From a virus: DNA of 64,000 bases. Of this stretch, positions 29,281-39,263 are shown piece after piece. Positions within the stretch are counted from its first letter, which is position 1; the number at the start of each line of letters is the position of its first letter. A model generated the notes under the pieces. It saw only the letters and a program-made list of their open reading frames with translations, was not told the DNA's origin and searched no databases. The position numbers and the translations under genes are program-made. The stretch is taken from positions 32,001-96,000 of IMG/VR virus record IMGVR_UViG_3300031918_000005. One strand, written 5' to 3'.

Positions 29281-32200
29281 TTATTTTTGATAACTTTTTG
29301 TGAATGTTAAATCAAACGAGAATAAATCCTCAACACTTCTTTGTGCTATATCGATACCAATTTTCTTAGAATATGTGACATTACCAAGATTGCCTATACC
29401 ACCAATATTACCAGCTCCATCATCACCAGCTCCATAGTAATCTGTCATACGAGTTTGGAAAACAATAGGAATTTTAATCAAGGAATTATTCAATGTAAGA
29501 CCTTTGTTATACATTTGAGAACCAACATATAATGAACGATTTAATTGTGGAAATATCTTTAAATAAGCACCACATGTTTCAGCACCTATGAGGTACTTAT
29601 CAAATTCGGTAAACCCATGCTTGTGTGGTAATTGATCGAAATTTGTTACAACACCACTGCCAGTGTCAATTATAGCTTTTACTTTATAGTATTTTTGTTT
29701 ATAGTAATTTTGTTCTCCATATTGTTTTGATGCAAGACCTGTATGATAGAACATCGGATATATAAATTTGTCATTATATTTAAGGTATTTCGTCACAAAT
29801 CTACATGTACCGATAGTCATATCATATATTAAGTCATTACCTTCTTTAGCTGTTCTTATATTTCTATAATCATCAGCTTGGATTGAAATATCCGCATTAT
29901 TACCAAGTACAGGGTGATTTTTATGGATACAAAACGTTGTTGCATCACCACCACCGATTGGTAAAAATGAACCATCCCATTCACCATTCCATATAAAGTC
30001 TTCGCTCCCAACACCACCATCCAATTTTGGAAAATTATAATCATCACCAAGATTTATTACATCAGAAAGTGAATAATCAATATTTCTTTGATATAACAAT
30101 TGACCAAATGTTTGCATACTTGCATATTCAGACAATTCAAGATTTGGATTTGTATCTTTAAATGTTTTATAATCTGTATCTGAAGATTTATAACCACTGA
30201 AAGAAATCGGCGAACCAAAATATTTTCTGTATCTATCATATTCATCGCTGTTTCTTATATAGCCTGTGTATCCTTCAGTTGGAAGGAAGTTTGTGTAATA
30301 TCCTGGAACAAAACTCAACAATTTAGCATCATAATTTGTTTTATTGTTGATAACAAGATAATAAGTATCACTAATTATCTTTCCTTTCTTATCTGTCAAC
30401 TGTTCAACTTGGTCTTTATAATACGGAGCTTGTATTTGTAATGAAGATTCGTTTTCAATTGTGGTTACAATGTTTCCTTCAGAATCTTCAAGATATATAT
30501 CAAGAGTTCCTATTTGTGTTAAATAATTGTTTTTAATATCAGAAATATCATTTTTCATTTCTGCAACAACCTGTTGAACCGACATCCTTTTATTTTCGGG
30601 AGTAAAATACTCCATAGAAATATTTTTTGCAGAGTGATTAAAGTTTTGGTCTGCAGAAACTGTAGAATCTTTCAAGTGATCATACAAACCTATTGATGAC
30701 AATTCTTGATATAATGTTGATGTCAAATTATCTGTTGATACAGTTTGTGTTGTTGAAGTACCACTGCTTATAAGTTCTGTTGGGAAAGTAATTATAACAG
30801 ATTGTGACCAATCCGATGCTATGAGGTATTTTGGATATCCAACTTCAGATATTGAGCGTATGCGTATTTCTACTGTTTCATTTTCAGAAATTGGTATTTC
30901 TACTTCATTTACCGATATTTCATCTGCATTTGACTCAACTATATTTTGCCATTCAGATTTTCCAGTAGTTGAATCATATATTTTAAATCTTTGTGGTAAA
31001 TTGAGCAATTTATTCCAATCTGATGCAGTTGCGTTTACTTTATTACCATCTTTATCTGTATAAGTTGTTGATTGTGTATTTGTTGATGTTTTGTTAACGG
31101 TCAAATAACGATATTCACATTCAAATTTTATTATTCCTTGAGCACCAGTTTTTAATACAGAATCTGTATATACATCATCGGGTATATCAAAAAACCCACG
31201 TATTCTATATTTTGGTGTGAAAACACCACTATTATTTATAGTTGACATCAAATCAGCTACTACTGATGTGTAATTAGCTACTAAATTACTTCTCTTCGTA
31301 TATGCATCATTAATTTGTGATTCTATTTTACTTCGTGATACATCATATGTTTCAGAAAACAGTTGTGCCTTTAAATTAGTTATTGATGTATCTACAGAAG
31401 AAATTTGAGATTTGAGCTTTTCTTTTTCTGAATATTTTTCTGAAATATTACTTTCTAGTTGTTCTTTTTTATGTTTATTTATTATACTTACATTAAAATT
31501 ACCAACTAAAAGTGTTGGTGTATTTGGTGTTTTGGCATCATCAAGACTTATTGTATTGACTTGAGATAGATAATTAAATCCACTTTTTATATCTGTTATA
31601 TTACTTTCAAAATAGTCAGAGAAAGCAGTCTTATCCTTAACCAAAGTATTTGTTGAAACAAACTTTGATTCACCCCAATTTGTTGACACCAATGAATCAT
31701 TGGTGACGAGTTTTACAAACGGAGCAAAAATTTCATTAATATTAATAGGAACTTTGGCATATATATTCTCATCATATACACCAAGTATTGACAATGTTTC
31801 AACTCCAACTTTGATTGGGTCTAAACCTTCAACTCTTTGTACAGCAACTTCAAATGAATCATAGTTAATAAAAGTAACTTTGTAAACAGTTGCCTTGTTA
31901 CCACTAGTGTCATTAACAACAATTTTATCATCAACTTTCAAAGATTGTTGAGTGTTTGTATTGTTTTCTGTATAAGTTGTAACATTAAGTCTGTATAACA
32001 TAGTTCCTACAGTTAATGATGTATCAGATTCAACAGATTTTCTGTAAGATATCACATCAAATTTGCCTGAATACTTAAGCATTTTTGGTGTAACATTGAT
32101 ATTGTAATCAATTTCTTTATAGCTTATGAATTTTGTATCAAGTACATTGATAAGGTCTTGATATTTATAATTTGTGTTAAGTACGAAGTTATTAAAATAT

Positions 32201-32709
32201 GTTAATTTGGTTTCGTCACCTTCAGTAATAATCACCTTTCTAGCTATTGCCGATTTTATGTTTTTATCGAAATAATTCTTAAGGCTTACTGGTAAATATG
32301 CTTTTGGAGTTACAAAATTTTGATAAACATCATACTGTTCAACATCAAAATTAGCAACACTTGTTGATGCTGTTATAACAACGGTTTTTGGTTCTTGTGG
32401 TGTGTTTTGTGCAATTATAATCCTCTTAGTACCATCAGGCATAAGAATTGATGATTCAAGTAAACCTATTGTTGATAAATTGTCAAAATTTTTCTCTATC
32501 CTAGCGATAGCTGCAAGTAAATAAGCCATTGATGGTATATCATATGTGCTTGTAGTTTCATCTTCATTTGTATATGTTAAAGTGACATTTTCATTGGATG
32601 TGAAAAGCATTTCAGCATACAATTTTATAAGATTTAATCCATTTGCATCACGCCTAACAACTTCCTGAAGATATTTGTCTATACCCCCCTTAGTGATATT
32701 TTTACTCAT
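29281..32709 (-). CDS. large putative virion structural protein
   Basis: 1142 aa, beta-rich with central coiled coil; late-type motif at 32739-32750. Confidence 0.55.
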   Translation of the reverse strand: MSKNITKGGIDKYLQEVVRRDANGLNLIKLYAEMLFTSNENVTLTYTNEDETTSTYDIPSMAYLLAAIARIEKNFDNLSTIGLLESSILMPDGTKRIIIAQNTPQEPKTVVITASTSVANFDVEQYDVYQNFVTPKAYLPVSLKNYFDKNIKSAIARKVIITEGDETKLTYFNNFVLNTNYKYQDLINVLDTKFISYKEIDYNINVTPKMLKYSGKFDVISYRKSVESDTSLTVGTMLYRLNVTTYTENNTNTQQSLKVDDKIVVNDTSGNKATVYKVTFINYDSFEVAVQRVEGLDPIKVGVETLSILGVYDENIYAKVPININEIFAPFVKLVTNDSLVSTNWGESKFVSTNTLVKDKTAFSDYFESNITDIKSGFNYLSQVNTISLDDAKTPNTPTLLVGNFNVSIINKHKKEQLESNISEKYSEKEKLKSQISSVDTSITNLKAQLFSETYDVSRSKIESQINDAYTKRSNLVANYTSVVADLMSTINNSGVFTPKYRIRGFFDIPDDVYTDSVLKTGAQGIIKFECEYRYLTVNKTSTNTQSTTYTDKDGNKVNATASDWNKLLNLPQRFKIYDSTTGKSEWQNIVESNADEISVNEVEIPISENETVEIRIRSISEVGYPKYLIASDWSQSVIITFPTELISSGTSTTQTVSTDNLTSTLYQELSSIGLYDHLKDSTVSADQNFNHSAKNISMEYFTPENKRMSVQQVVAEMKNDISDIKNNYLTQIGTLDIYLEDSEGNIVTTIENESSLQIQAPYYKDQVEQLTDKKGKIISDTYYLVINNKTNYDAKLLSFVPGYYTNFLPTEGYTGYIRNSDEYDRYRKYFGSPISFSGYKSSDTDYKTFKDTNPNLELSEYASMQTFGQLLYQRNIDYSLSDVINLGDDYNFPKLDGGVGSEDFIWNGEWDGSFLPIGGGDATTFCIHKNHPVLGNNADISIQADDYRNIRTAKEGNDLIYDMTIGTCRFVTKYLKYNDKFIYPMFYHTGLASKQYGEQNYYKQKYYKVKAIIDTGSGVVTNFDQLPHKHGFTEFDKYLIGAETCGAYLKIFPQLNRSLYVGSQMYNKGLTLNNSLIKIPIVFQTRMTDYYGAGDDGAGNIGGIGNLGNVTYSKKIGIDIAQRSVEDLFSFDLTFTKSYQK

Positions 32710-32804
32710 ATCAATATATTATTTTAATTTCTTTATGTTTTGATTATTTAAATCTAATCCGATTATAATATTTTAAATAAATCAATTACTTAAATGAATT
32801 AAAA

Positions 32805-33830
32805 ATGAACATACTCGTTGATACATCAATTTTATTTAAAGGATTTTGTAATATGTATGGCTCTAATGTCATATTTCTAACTCAAAGAAATGAAAGAGAA
32901 GAGATAATTGATAAAGTATTCATAACTATCAATTCGATAATAAGACGATATACAGCAATTGATAGACTTATTTTTTGTGTTGATGATGTTTATACAAAAA
33001 GCTTCAGATATGAATTGCCATATGGTGAATTGTACAAATCAAAGAGATATATTTCAGAGCCAAGATATAATCCTGAATCTTACAAAACAATGATTTTGGA
33101 ATTTTGTGAAAAGCTTGATAAATTGAATGTAAGCCATATAGCTGTTGAAAGTACAGAAGCCGATGATTTGGTTTATTGCTTGAGTAATTTATTATTTGAA
33201 GCTGGTCAATCATCAATCATAATTTCTGCAGATAAAGATTTACAACAACTTGTGAAATATGACGGCAATACTTTTATAGCTATGTATAATTACCAAAAAT
33301 CAAGCACCGCCTTTCATTATGTTTCCAATAATTTCAAATCAAATAATGAAACATCTATTGAGGCGTTATTTGATAATTCTTTATCTTCAATCAATAAAAA
33401 AATCATACTTGAAAGACATGAAAAAATAATTGCTGAAGAATCACTTTTTATAAAAATATTATCAGGTGATTCTTCAGATTGTGTACCAAGTAGCTTCAGA
33501 TATGAAAAAGGTACACAGACAATTAATTACACAGACAAAAGAGCTAAACAATTGTTTGATGCTAAGTATGTTGAATCATTTAATCTTGGTGGTGATATTG
33601 AAACAATATTTTCCGATAAACAAATACTTGGTCAATTAGCCAAGGATATGCTTGAGAGTGTAAAACAAGAAGTTACGATGGAAAAAATATTGGAAATCGT
33701 CAAGAACCTAAGAATCAACAAGAAATATATCAGACTACATCACAGCGAATATCCTAATAACTTATATGATATAATGGAAAGTAGATGTATAGACGAATTA
33801 AACAAAACTAAATCAATAAACTTACCGTAA
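32805..33830 (+). CDS. RNase H / 5'-3' flap exonuclease (T4 rnh-like)
   Basis: ILVD, FR..L...YK..R, EADD, SADKDLQQL, KILSGDSSDCVP. Confidence 0.9.
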   Translation: MNILVDTSILFKGFCNMYGSNVIFLTQRNEREEIIDKVFITINSIIRRYTAIDRLIFCVDDVYTKSFRYELPYGELYKSKRYISEPRYNPESYKTMILEFCEKLDKLNVSHIAVESTEADDLVYCLSNLLFEAGQSSIIISADKDLQQLVKYDGNTFIAMYNYQKSSTAFHYVSNNFKSNNETSIEALFDNSLSSINKKIILERHEKIIAEESLFIKILSGDSSDCVPSSFRYEKGTQTINYTDKRAKQLFDAKYVESFNLGGDIETIFSDKQILGQLAKDMLESVKQEVTMEKILEIVKNLRINKKYIRLHHSEYPNNLYDIMESRCIDELNKTKSINLP

Positions 33831-34255
33831 TGGCATTACCTTTAAAAGATTTCTCCGATAAATTGTTCAGTAATGATTATTATGAATCAGTTACAAATGT
33901 TGATAAAAGGTCTAATTTTTTCATGATTTCACGACAAATGTCTTGTAAGTTTCCAATTGAAGCAAGCAGACTTTCAACAATCCATGTCAATAAAGAAAAT
34001 TGTATGGATTTTTGGCATGAGCTGATGATGAAATTATATAATGGTAGAAAACCGTCTTGGCTTTGGACTTTCCCAAACAAAAATAATATAACCGAGATAC
34101 TTGATAAAAAACTTGTTGATAAATTTTCAAAGATAGACAAGGGTATCATTGTCAAATATTGTAAAATATATGAAATAGATCAAGCAAAGCTAAATCTTCT
34201 CAAGAAATTTGATTTTGAAAGACTTATAAACGAACTTGAAATTTTATCACGATAA
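33830..34255 (+). CDS. possible clamp loader small subunit (gp62-like)
   Basis: size and FMISRQMS...P...W pattern reminiscent of gp62. Confidence 0.4.
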   Translation: MALPLKDFSDKLFSNDYYESVTNVDKRSNFFMISRQMSCKFPIEASRLSTIHVNKENCMDFWHELMMKLYNGRKPSWLWTFPNKNNITEILDKKLVDKFSKIDKGIIVKYCKIYEIDQAKLNLLKKFDFERLINELEILSR

Positions 34256-34269
34256 AATTTCAACAAATA

Positions 34270-34303
34270 CCTGACAACAATAATAAAGCTGTCAGGCATT
34301 TTT
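34270..34303 (+). terminator. intrinsic terminator
   Basis: CCTGACA...TGTCAGG followed by T tract. Confidence 0.65.
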
Positions 34304-34328
34304 GTGTTTTGTAAATAATTAAAAACTG

Positions 34329-36386
34329 ATGGCAAATCCTTATAGCTCCTTATCGATATTCAATAAAAGTGGTCGTAAGTTAGAACTTACTTATAATGAA
34401 GAATATAATATTCTTCAAGGCGTTATGTATTTGCCTGAAGTTTCCACAGATTTAATAGAAAACGAAACATTATTCATACTTGAAGAAGTTAATGGTGATT
34501 TTTTCAAACCACTTTCATATGGTAATATAGAAGCAAACCTTGTATTAAGTTCTGATTATCAGTTATTTACAGTTGATAATCCATACGAAGAATATCCAAA
34601 ATTAAATTTTATAAGTAAGGCCTCTTTTACAGCTACAGAAATACAAATAAAACAACCTTTAAGAGTTGACTTCGCTGTAACATCATCTGTTGAAAAAGTG
34701 TCAATAGATAAAATTATATTAACAAGTAGTCTTATTGGCAATACAATATGTGAAATCAGTGTATATACAGAAATTATAGGTGAAGATGAAAGACTAACTG
34801 CAAAACTCGCCGACTTTGGTGAATACATCACTGCAAATGAAGAATATATTTTTAGAGATAGTGATATAAAAGAAGAACTCACAGACCATATTTTGTTTAA
34901 TCAAAAGAAAAAAGAATTTATTCTTGAAATGCATAATATTAAACCATATTTTGCATCATATAAAGGCATAATCAATATTCTTAATTTATTTGATTACACT
35001 GATTTAACGCTGAAAGAATATTGGGTTGATGTAAAAACTGGTAAATTTATAGCTGAAGATATAAAATTATATGAAACTGGAATACTTAACAATACAGTAA
35101 GATATAACGAAAAATATAAAAAAACTACATTTTTCGGCCTTTATTATCCTATAAACCATGTTGTTGAAGATGAATTTGATGAAGATGGATTACCAATAGT
35201 TGCTGATAGTTTCATCTTTTCAAACGAAGAAATACTTATTAAATTATTCGGCCTTAAAAATTGGATTAAAAATCGTGAGATTGGCGGAATATCATCAATT
35301 ATAGACATTGTTGGAGAAATAACATATTTCAACAAATATGATATCAATTTTTGGTATGATGACTGGAATTTGATGACTGAATCAATTTCTCAAGATATAT
35401 TAAAATTTTCAATCAATGATTATAATGATGATACACAAATACAATTATTCATAAACAATCTTACAAACCCCGATATAGATTCACCTAGAGCAAAAATTGG
35501 AAATGTTATAAGTTTAAAAAATTTAACATTCAGTGCTAAAATTCAAGACATTGGCGTAACATTTGAGGAATTGACTGAAGCAGTATCAACATATTCCATA
35601 TTTTTCCATAACGCTGATAAATTTAAATATTATCAAATTGAATGGACTGCATTTTTAACAGCAACCAAAGAAATTGTTGATATAAAATATGGTAAAATCG
35701 AAGATTTAAACGAAACAACATTGACATTACCACACGAAGGTGAGTATTCAATACAAATGAAATTGTATAAGTACAATAATGAACCAGCATCCATTACCAA
35801 ACATACAATAATAAAAGTTTCTCCAAGAGGCATTATACCTATTGCATTTTTCAATAGAGTTGATGTTAACAATCCAATAGAGCAAACACCTGAATATATA
35901 GAACTTTTTGATAAATACATACCAATAGAACTTTCTAATTTCAGAAAGATAAAATTTGTTGAAGACGATTTCATGAATTATAACAACCAACAATTCAGGT
36001 TCTTTGGTAATATGCAAATCGATGATATAACAAGACAGACATTCCATGCATATGGTCTTGATTACAATCCTAATGAAAATATACTACCATTTGAGAAAGG
36101 TATCACAGAAATTTGCACAGAAAGAGCTTATATCAACATTTCCGAAGCAGTATTTTTCACTCTTGGAAAATCACCGCTTGCTGGTAAAGTTAATGCTAAT
36201 TGGAAGTTAATTGATTCAAAGGGTGAAACGGTTGTAGAACTTGATAATTGGTTGTACTTCTGTTATACATTTTTCACAGCTGGTAAATATTCTTTGGAAA
36301 TAACAGTTTTTGATAATGTAGGTAACTCAAAAACCCAAATTTTCAACAACTTTATTGTTGTTGAAAAATACAAACTTGATTATTGA
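34329..36386 (+). CDS. putative baseplate/structural protein with PKD-like modules
   Basis: late motif at 34312-34323; EGEYSIQMKLY and AGKYSLEITVFDNVGN segments. Confidence 0.55.
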   Translation: MANPYSSLSIFNKSGRKLELTYNEEYNILQGVMYLPEVSTDLIENETLFILEEVNGDFFKPLSYGNIEANLVLSSDYQLFTVDNPYEEYPKLNFISKASFTATEIQIKQPLRVDFAVTSSVEKVSIDKIILTSSLIGNTICEISVYTEIIGEDERLTAKLADFGEYITANEEYIFRDSDIKEELTDHILFNQKKKEFILEMHNIKPYFASYKGIINILNLFDYTDLTLKEYWVDVKTGKFIAEDIKLYETGILNNTVRYNEKYKKTTFFGLYYPINHVVEDEFDEDGLPIVADSFIFSNEEILIKLFGLKNWIKNREIGGISSIIDIVGEITYFNKYDINFWYDDWNLMTESISQDILKFSINDYNDDTQIQLFINNLTNPDIDSPRAKIGNVISLKNLTFSAKIQDIGVTFEELTEAVSTYSIFFHNADKFKYYQIEWTAFLTATKEIVDIKYGKIEDLNETTLTLPHEGEYSIQMKLYKYNNEPASITKHTIIKVSPRGIIPIAFFNRVDVNNPIEQTPEYIELFDKYIPIELSNFRKIKFVEDDFMNYNNQQFRFFGNMQIDDITRQTFHAYGLDYNPNENILPFEKGITEICTERAYINISEAVFFTLGKSPLAGKVNANWKLIDSKGETVVELDNWLYFCYTFFTAGKYSLEITVFDNVGNSKTQIFNNFIVVEKYKLDY

Positions 36387-36650
36387 TTAAGCTAATTGTT
36401 CCTTATATTTATTTTTTATCTCTTCAAGTGCATTATTGGCTTGGTCGATAATATCTTTAATAGCCTTACCAATTTGTTCTTTAGTATCACCTGAATCTTT
36501 CAAAACTTCATTTTTATCGGATAAAAATTCTTTTCCTATTTCAGTAAAATTTGATTTTACTTCATCAATCATACTTTTGAAATTTCCTTTTATATCAGAA
36601 ATAAATCCTTCATTAGCTGTTTGTGATTCAAATACCTTTAGCTTTTTCAT
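36387..36650 (-). CDS. putative internal head protein (MKKLKVFE leader)
   Basis: shared leader; helical body. Confidence 0.6.
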   Translation of the reverse strand: MKKLKVFESQTANEGFISDIKGNFKSMIDEVKSNFTEIGKEFLSDKNEVLKDSGDTKEQIGKAIKDIIDQANNALEEIKNKYKEQLA

Positions 36651-36972
36651 AATCAAAATATCTAAACCCTTGAAAACCTTTCATGGGTATTGGTTCAACT
36701 TTTGTAAATTCTCCACTCCTGACAACAAATTTACCTCTCCATTTTGTTCCAGTAACGGAACATTCAAAATCTTTTTCCTCAAATCCAACAATGTTCATGT
36801 AGCCAATAACATTATCTTTATAACAAATCCAGCATTTATTACCGATTTGTGATTTCAAAGGCATATTTATAACTTTAAAATTCATGACATTAGAACCATC
36901 TTTTACTAAATCAAGTTCTTTTTGGTATTCTTCCCATTTTGTTTGTTTAGGAAGTGTTACGACTATATCCAT
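36628..36972 (-). CDS. ASCH/PUA-like small protein
   Basis: C-terminal PIPMKGFQGFRYF resembles ASCH-like proteins. Confidence 0.45.
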   Translation of the reverse strand: MDIVVTLPKQTKWEEYQKELDLVKDGSNVMNFKVINMPLKSQIGNKCWICYKDNVIGYMNIVGFEEKDFECSVTGTKWRGKFVVRSGEFTKVEPIPMKGFQGFRYFDYEKAKGI

Positions 36973-37155
36973 TCAATTATGTTTATTTGCTTGATATGCT
37001 TTAAATCCATCTTCTGCATCTTTTTGGGTGTCATAATCTGCATCCCAAAATTTACCAGTTTTATTAGAAATTATACCCCATTTTCCATTAGGTTTTTTCT
37101 TTACCAAATCATTTTCATTAATTGATTGTGATTCAAATGCCTTTAGCTTTTTCAT
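36973..37155 (-). CDS. putative internal head protein (MKKLKAFE leader)
   Basis: shared leader plus SINE; late-type motif at 37163-37174. Confidence 0.6.
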   Translation of the reverse strand: MKKLKAFESQSINENDLVKKKPNGKWGIISNKTGKFWDADYDTQKDAEDGFKAYQANKHN

Positions 37156-37170
37156 GACGCTTTTAGTTTA

Positions 37171-37232
37171 TTTAATATCCAGCGAATGTCAGAATGCAAG
37201 GAATATATATCGTCTGCAGTATGGGGAATATC
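37171..37232 (-). repeat. dispersed repeat, copy 4
   Basis: CCCCATACTGCAGACGATATATATTCCTTGCATTCTGAC...GGATATTAAA. Confidence 0.7.
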
Positions 37233-37235
37233 TTT

Positions 37236-37955
37236 TTAATATACACCTTTATACGATTTTACTTCTTTAATAGTTCTTTCAGCTATTTTAAGTTCTTTTG
37301 GTATTTTTTTAACACCAGTCATATTTTCATAATATTTTAAGTAAACACTACGAATTCCCATTAAATTTGCTGTTTTTATAAATGGTATAGTGAACGTACA
37401 TATTTTCCACCAATCTTCATAACTTATTATTTGTGGTGGTGATGTAAAAGCATCGTATTTATAAGACCTTATACAATATTCAAATCCGCTATCTTCCAAC
37501 ATTTTTTGCATCATTTCCCAATTAATAGGCAATGTTCTTGTTGGTTGGCCACCTTTTTGTATTTGTTCTATTGATGGCTTTATTATGTCCGCATTGAATA
37601 CTCTTATAATTTGGTCAAGAATCATTATTCTAACTTTCGGAGGAACGAAAGTTAAATTAATTCCAAAAGGGTTAAATTCTCCAGATTTTGTAAATTTTTG
37701 GCCTATTATAAGATTTATTGGTCTGAAAGAAAAAGCTGGAACTCTTGCAAGTAATTTTTCTTCAGGAGTTATCGGATTATACCCAAAGGTATAAATTTTT
37801 CCTGGAATTAGAAATATGTCATTTTTCTTTTCAGGTAGTGAATCATTATTACCAGTCAAATAAGAATCGTAGAACCAACGTTGTGAACGGCTTACAATAG
37901 TTGAATATGGTGTTGATTTCATTTCATTTGTCAACTGTGTTGATATGAGTTCCAT
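37236..37955 (-). CDS. DNA end protector (gp2-like)
   Basis: PGKIYTFGY, FGINLTFVPPKVR, YCIRSY. Confidence 0.75.
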   Translation of the reverse strand: MELISTQLTNEMKSTPYSTIVSRSQRWFYDSYLTGNNDSLPEKKNDIFLIPGKIYTFGYNPITPEEKLLARVPAFSFRPINLIIGQKFTKSGEFNPFGINLTFVPPKVRIMILDQIIRVFNADIIKPSIEQIQKGGQPTRTLPINWEMMQKMLEDSGFEYCIRSYKYDAFTSPPQIISYEDWWKICTFTIPFIKTANLMGIRSVYLKYYENMTGVKKIPKELKIAERTIKEVKSYKGVY

Positions 37956-38500
37956 TATGCGACTGTAAATGTTTCATTTTGATTTCTGCTAGAATACCGA
38001 TATTTTGAGAATTTCAATAATTCTATTGAGAAATCCATATCTTTAAATTTCTCAAGATACTTTTTACCAGTATCTTTTTTAAGATATCCTATTGTTATAT
38101 GTGGATTATAATCAGTATATGTAAGTGTTACTGGTAATGTATCGAGTATTGTTTTTCTTAATTTTAATAATTCTTCAGATGGAACAACTGAAATTTTTAA
38201 AACATCATAATTTTCGTTGGTATCAAATATACCAAGTTTACCAAGTTTTAATCTGCCTATATCAGATGGTATAATATTAAAAAACTTCGATAAATGTGTC
38301 AATATGTCAATACCATATACAACAGTTACATGTTGTTCAGTTTCAAGACCATGTTCAGTATTTATATCCGATTTATCTATCTGATTTTGAATTTCTGTTA
38401 TGATTGATATAGGTTTAACATCAATCATAAGACACGCATAATCATAATCAGCTATATTGATTTTACATTTATAGTCTTGCATAATTTTGATAGGTTTCAT
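37955..38500 (-). CDS. 2H phosphoesterase, Acb1/gp57B-like
   Basis: HVTVVYG and YNPHITIGY motifs. Confidence 0.75.
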   Translation of the reverse strand: MKPIKIMQDYKCKINIADYDYACLMIDVKPISIITEIQNQIDKSDINTEHGLETEQHVTVVYGIDILTHLSKFFNIIPSDIGRLKLGKLGIFDTNENYDVLKISVVPSEELLKLRKTILDTLPVTLTYTDYNPHITIGYLKKDTGKKYLEKFKDMDFSIELLKFSKYRYSSRNQNETFTVA

Positions 38501-38529
38501 TACAAAGGTTTCATTATTTACCTATATTA

Positions 38530-38567
38530 AAATCCCACAAAGGCTTAAACAGCAATTGTGGGATTTT
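38530..38567 (-). terminator. intrinsic terminator
   Basis: AAAATCCCACAA...TTGTGGGATTTT. Confidence 0.75.
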
Positions 38568-38571
38568 GTTT

Positions 38572-38660
38572 GTTCTTTCGATGTGACATTTAGCGGTTAA
38601 TCATTTTTAATCGCAAGTCGGAAGCAACCTCTTGGCGTGGTGAGGGTATAAATCGAAGAA
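38572..38660. ncRNA. candidate structured RNA
   Basis: GC-enriched intergenic segment with closing stem GTTCTTTCGAT/ATCGAAGAAC and two internal stems. Confidence 0.4.
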
Positions 38661-38719
38661 CTTCGATCGTATTGTAACATTACAAAATTTTATTATCATA
38701 ATAATAAAATAGTTTCATA

Positions 38720-39259
38720 TTATTTTATTGGGTCGGGTGTATCAGAATACTCACTAAATGGTTTATGTTGTTTTATATCATCATAAAGCCAATATTTGAA
38801 ATCTTCTATAGAAATTGGAGTTATACATTTAAAACCTTTCCAATTTTTATCATAATTCTCAAGATATGCCTTTTTAGCATCTTCATGTGAATCATATCCA
38901 AGCATAACCTTAGATTCATCAAATTTTTTGGTTTTTGGATTTATTTGATCAATAACATAAACTTCTTCGCATTCCAAATTTTCACCAACAAACACATCAA
39001 TATGGTCGTCATCTTTACCTTTTGTGTTTCCGAAATATCCATAATGAGATTTCATTGTTGTTTCCCATTTATTACCATCTTCATCAATTCCTGAACGAGT
39101 TGAATCTTTTGGATTTTCAATAGAAATATTCATACCTTGAATTTTAATCTTAGCTTTTTTATAATTACCTGATTTTATTTGTTCTTCAGTAGGATTTGTT
39201 TCTGTTTGTTCGTTTATATCTTTATCAAGATGAGATTCGAATATTTTTAATGGCTTCAT
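38720..39259 (-). CDS. stand-alone inorganic-pyrophosphatase-like domain of polyvalent proteins, with MKPLKIFE leader
   Basis: PTEEQIKSGNYKK, ISIENPK..RSG, HYGY, DHIDVF, FDESKVMLGY. Confidence 0.75.
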   Translation of the reverse strand: MKPLKIFESHLDKDINEQTETNPTEEQIKSGNYKKAKIKIQGMNISIENPKDSTRSGIDEDGNKWETTMKSHYGYFGNTKGKDDDHIDVFVGENLECEEVYVIDQINPKTKKFDESKVMLGYDSHEDAKKAYLENYDKNWKGFKCITPISIEDFKYWLYDDIKQHKPFSEYSDTPDPIK

Positions 39260-39263
39260 AGAT

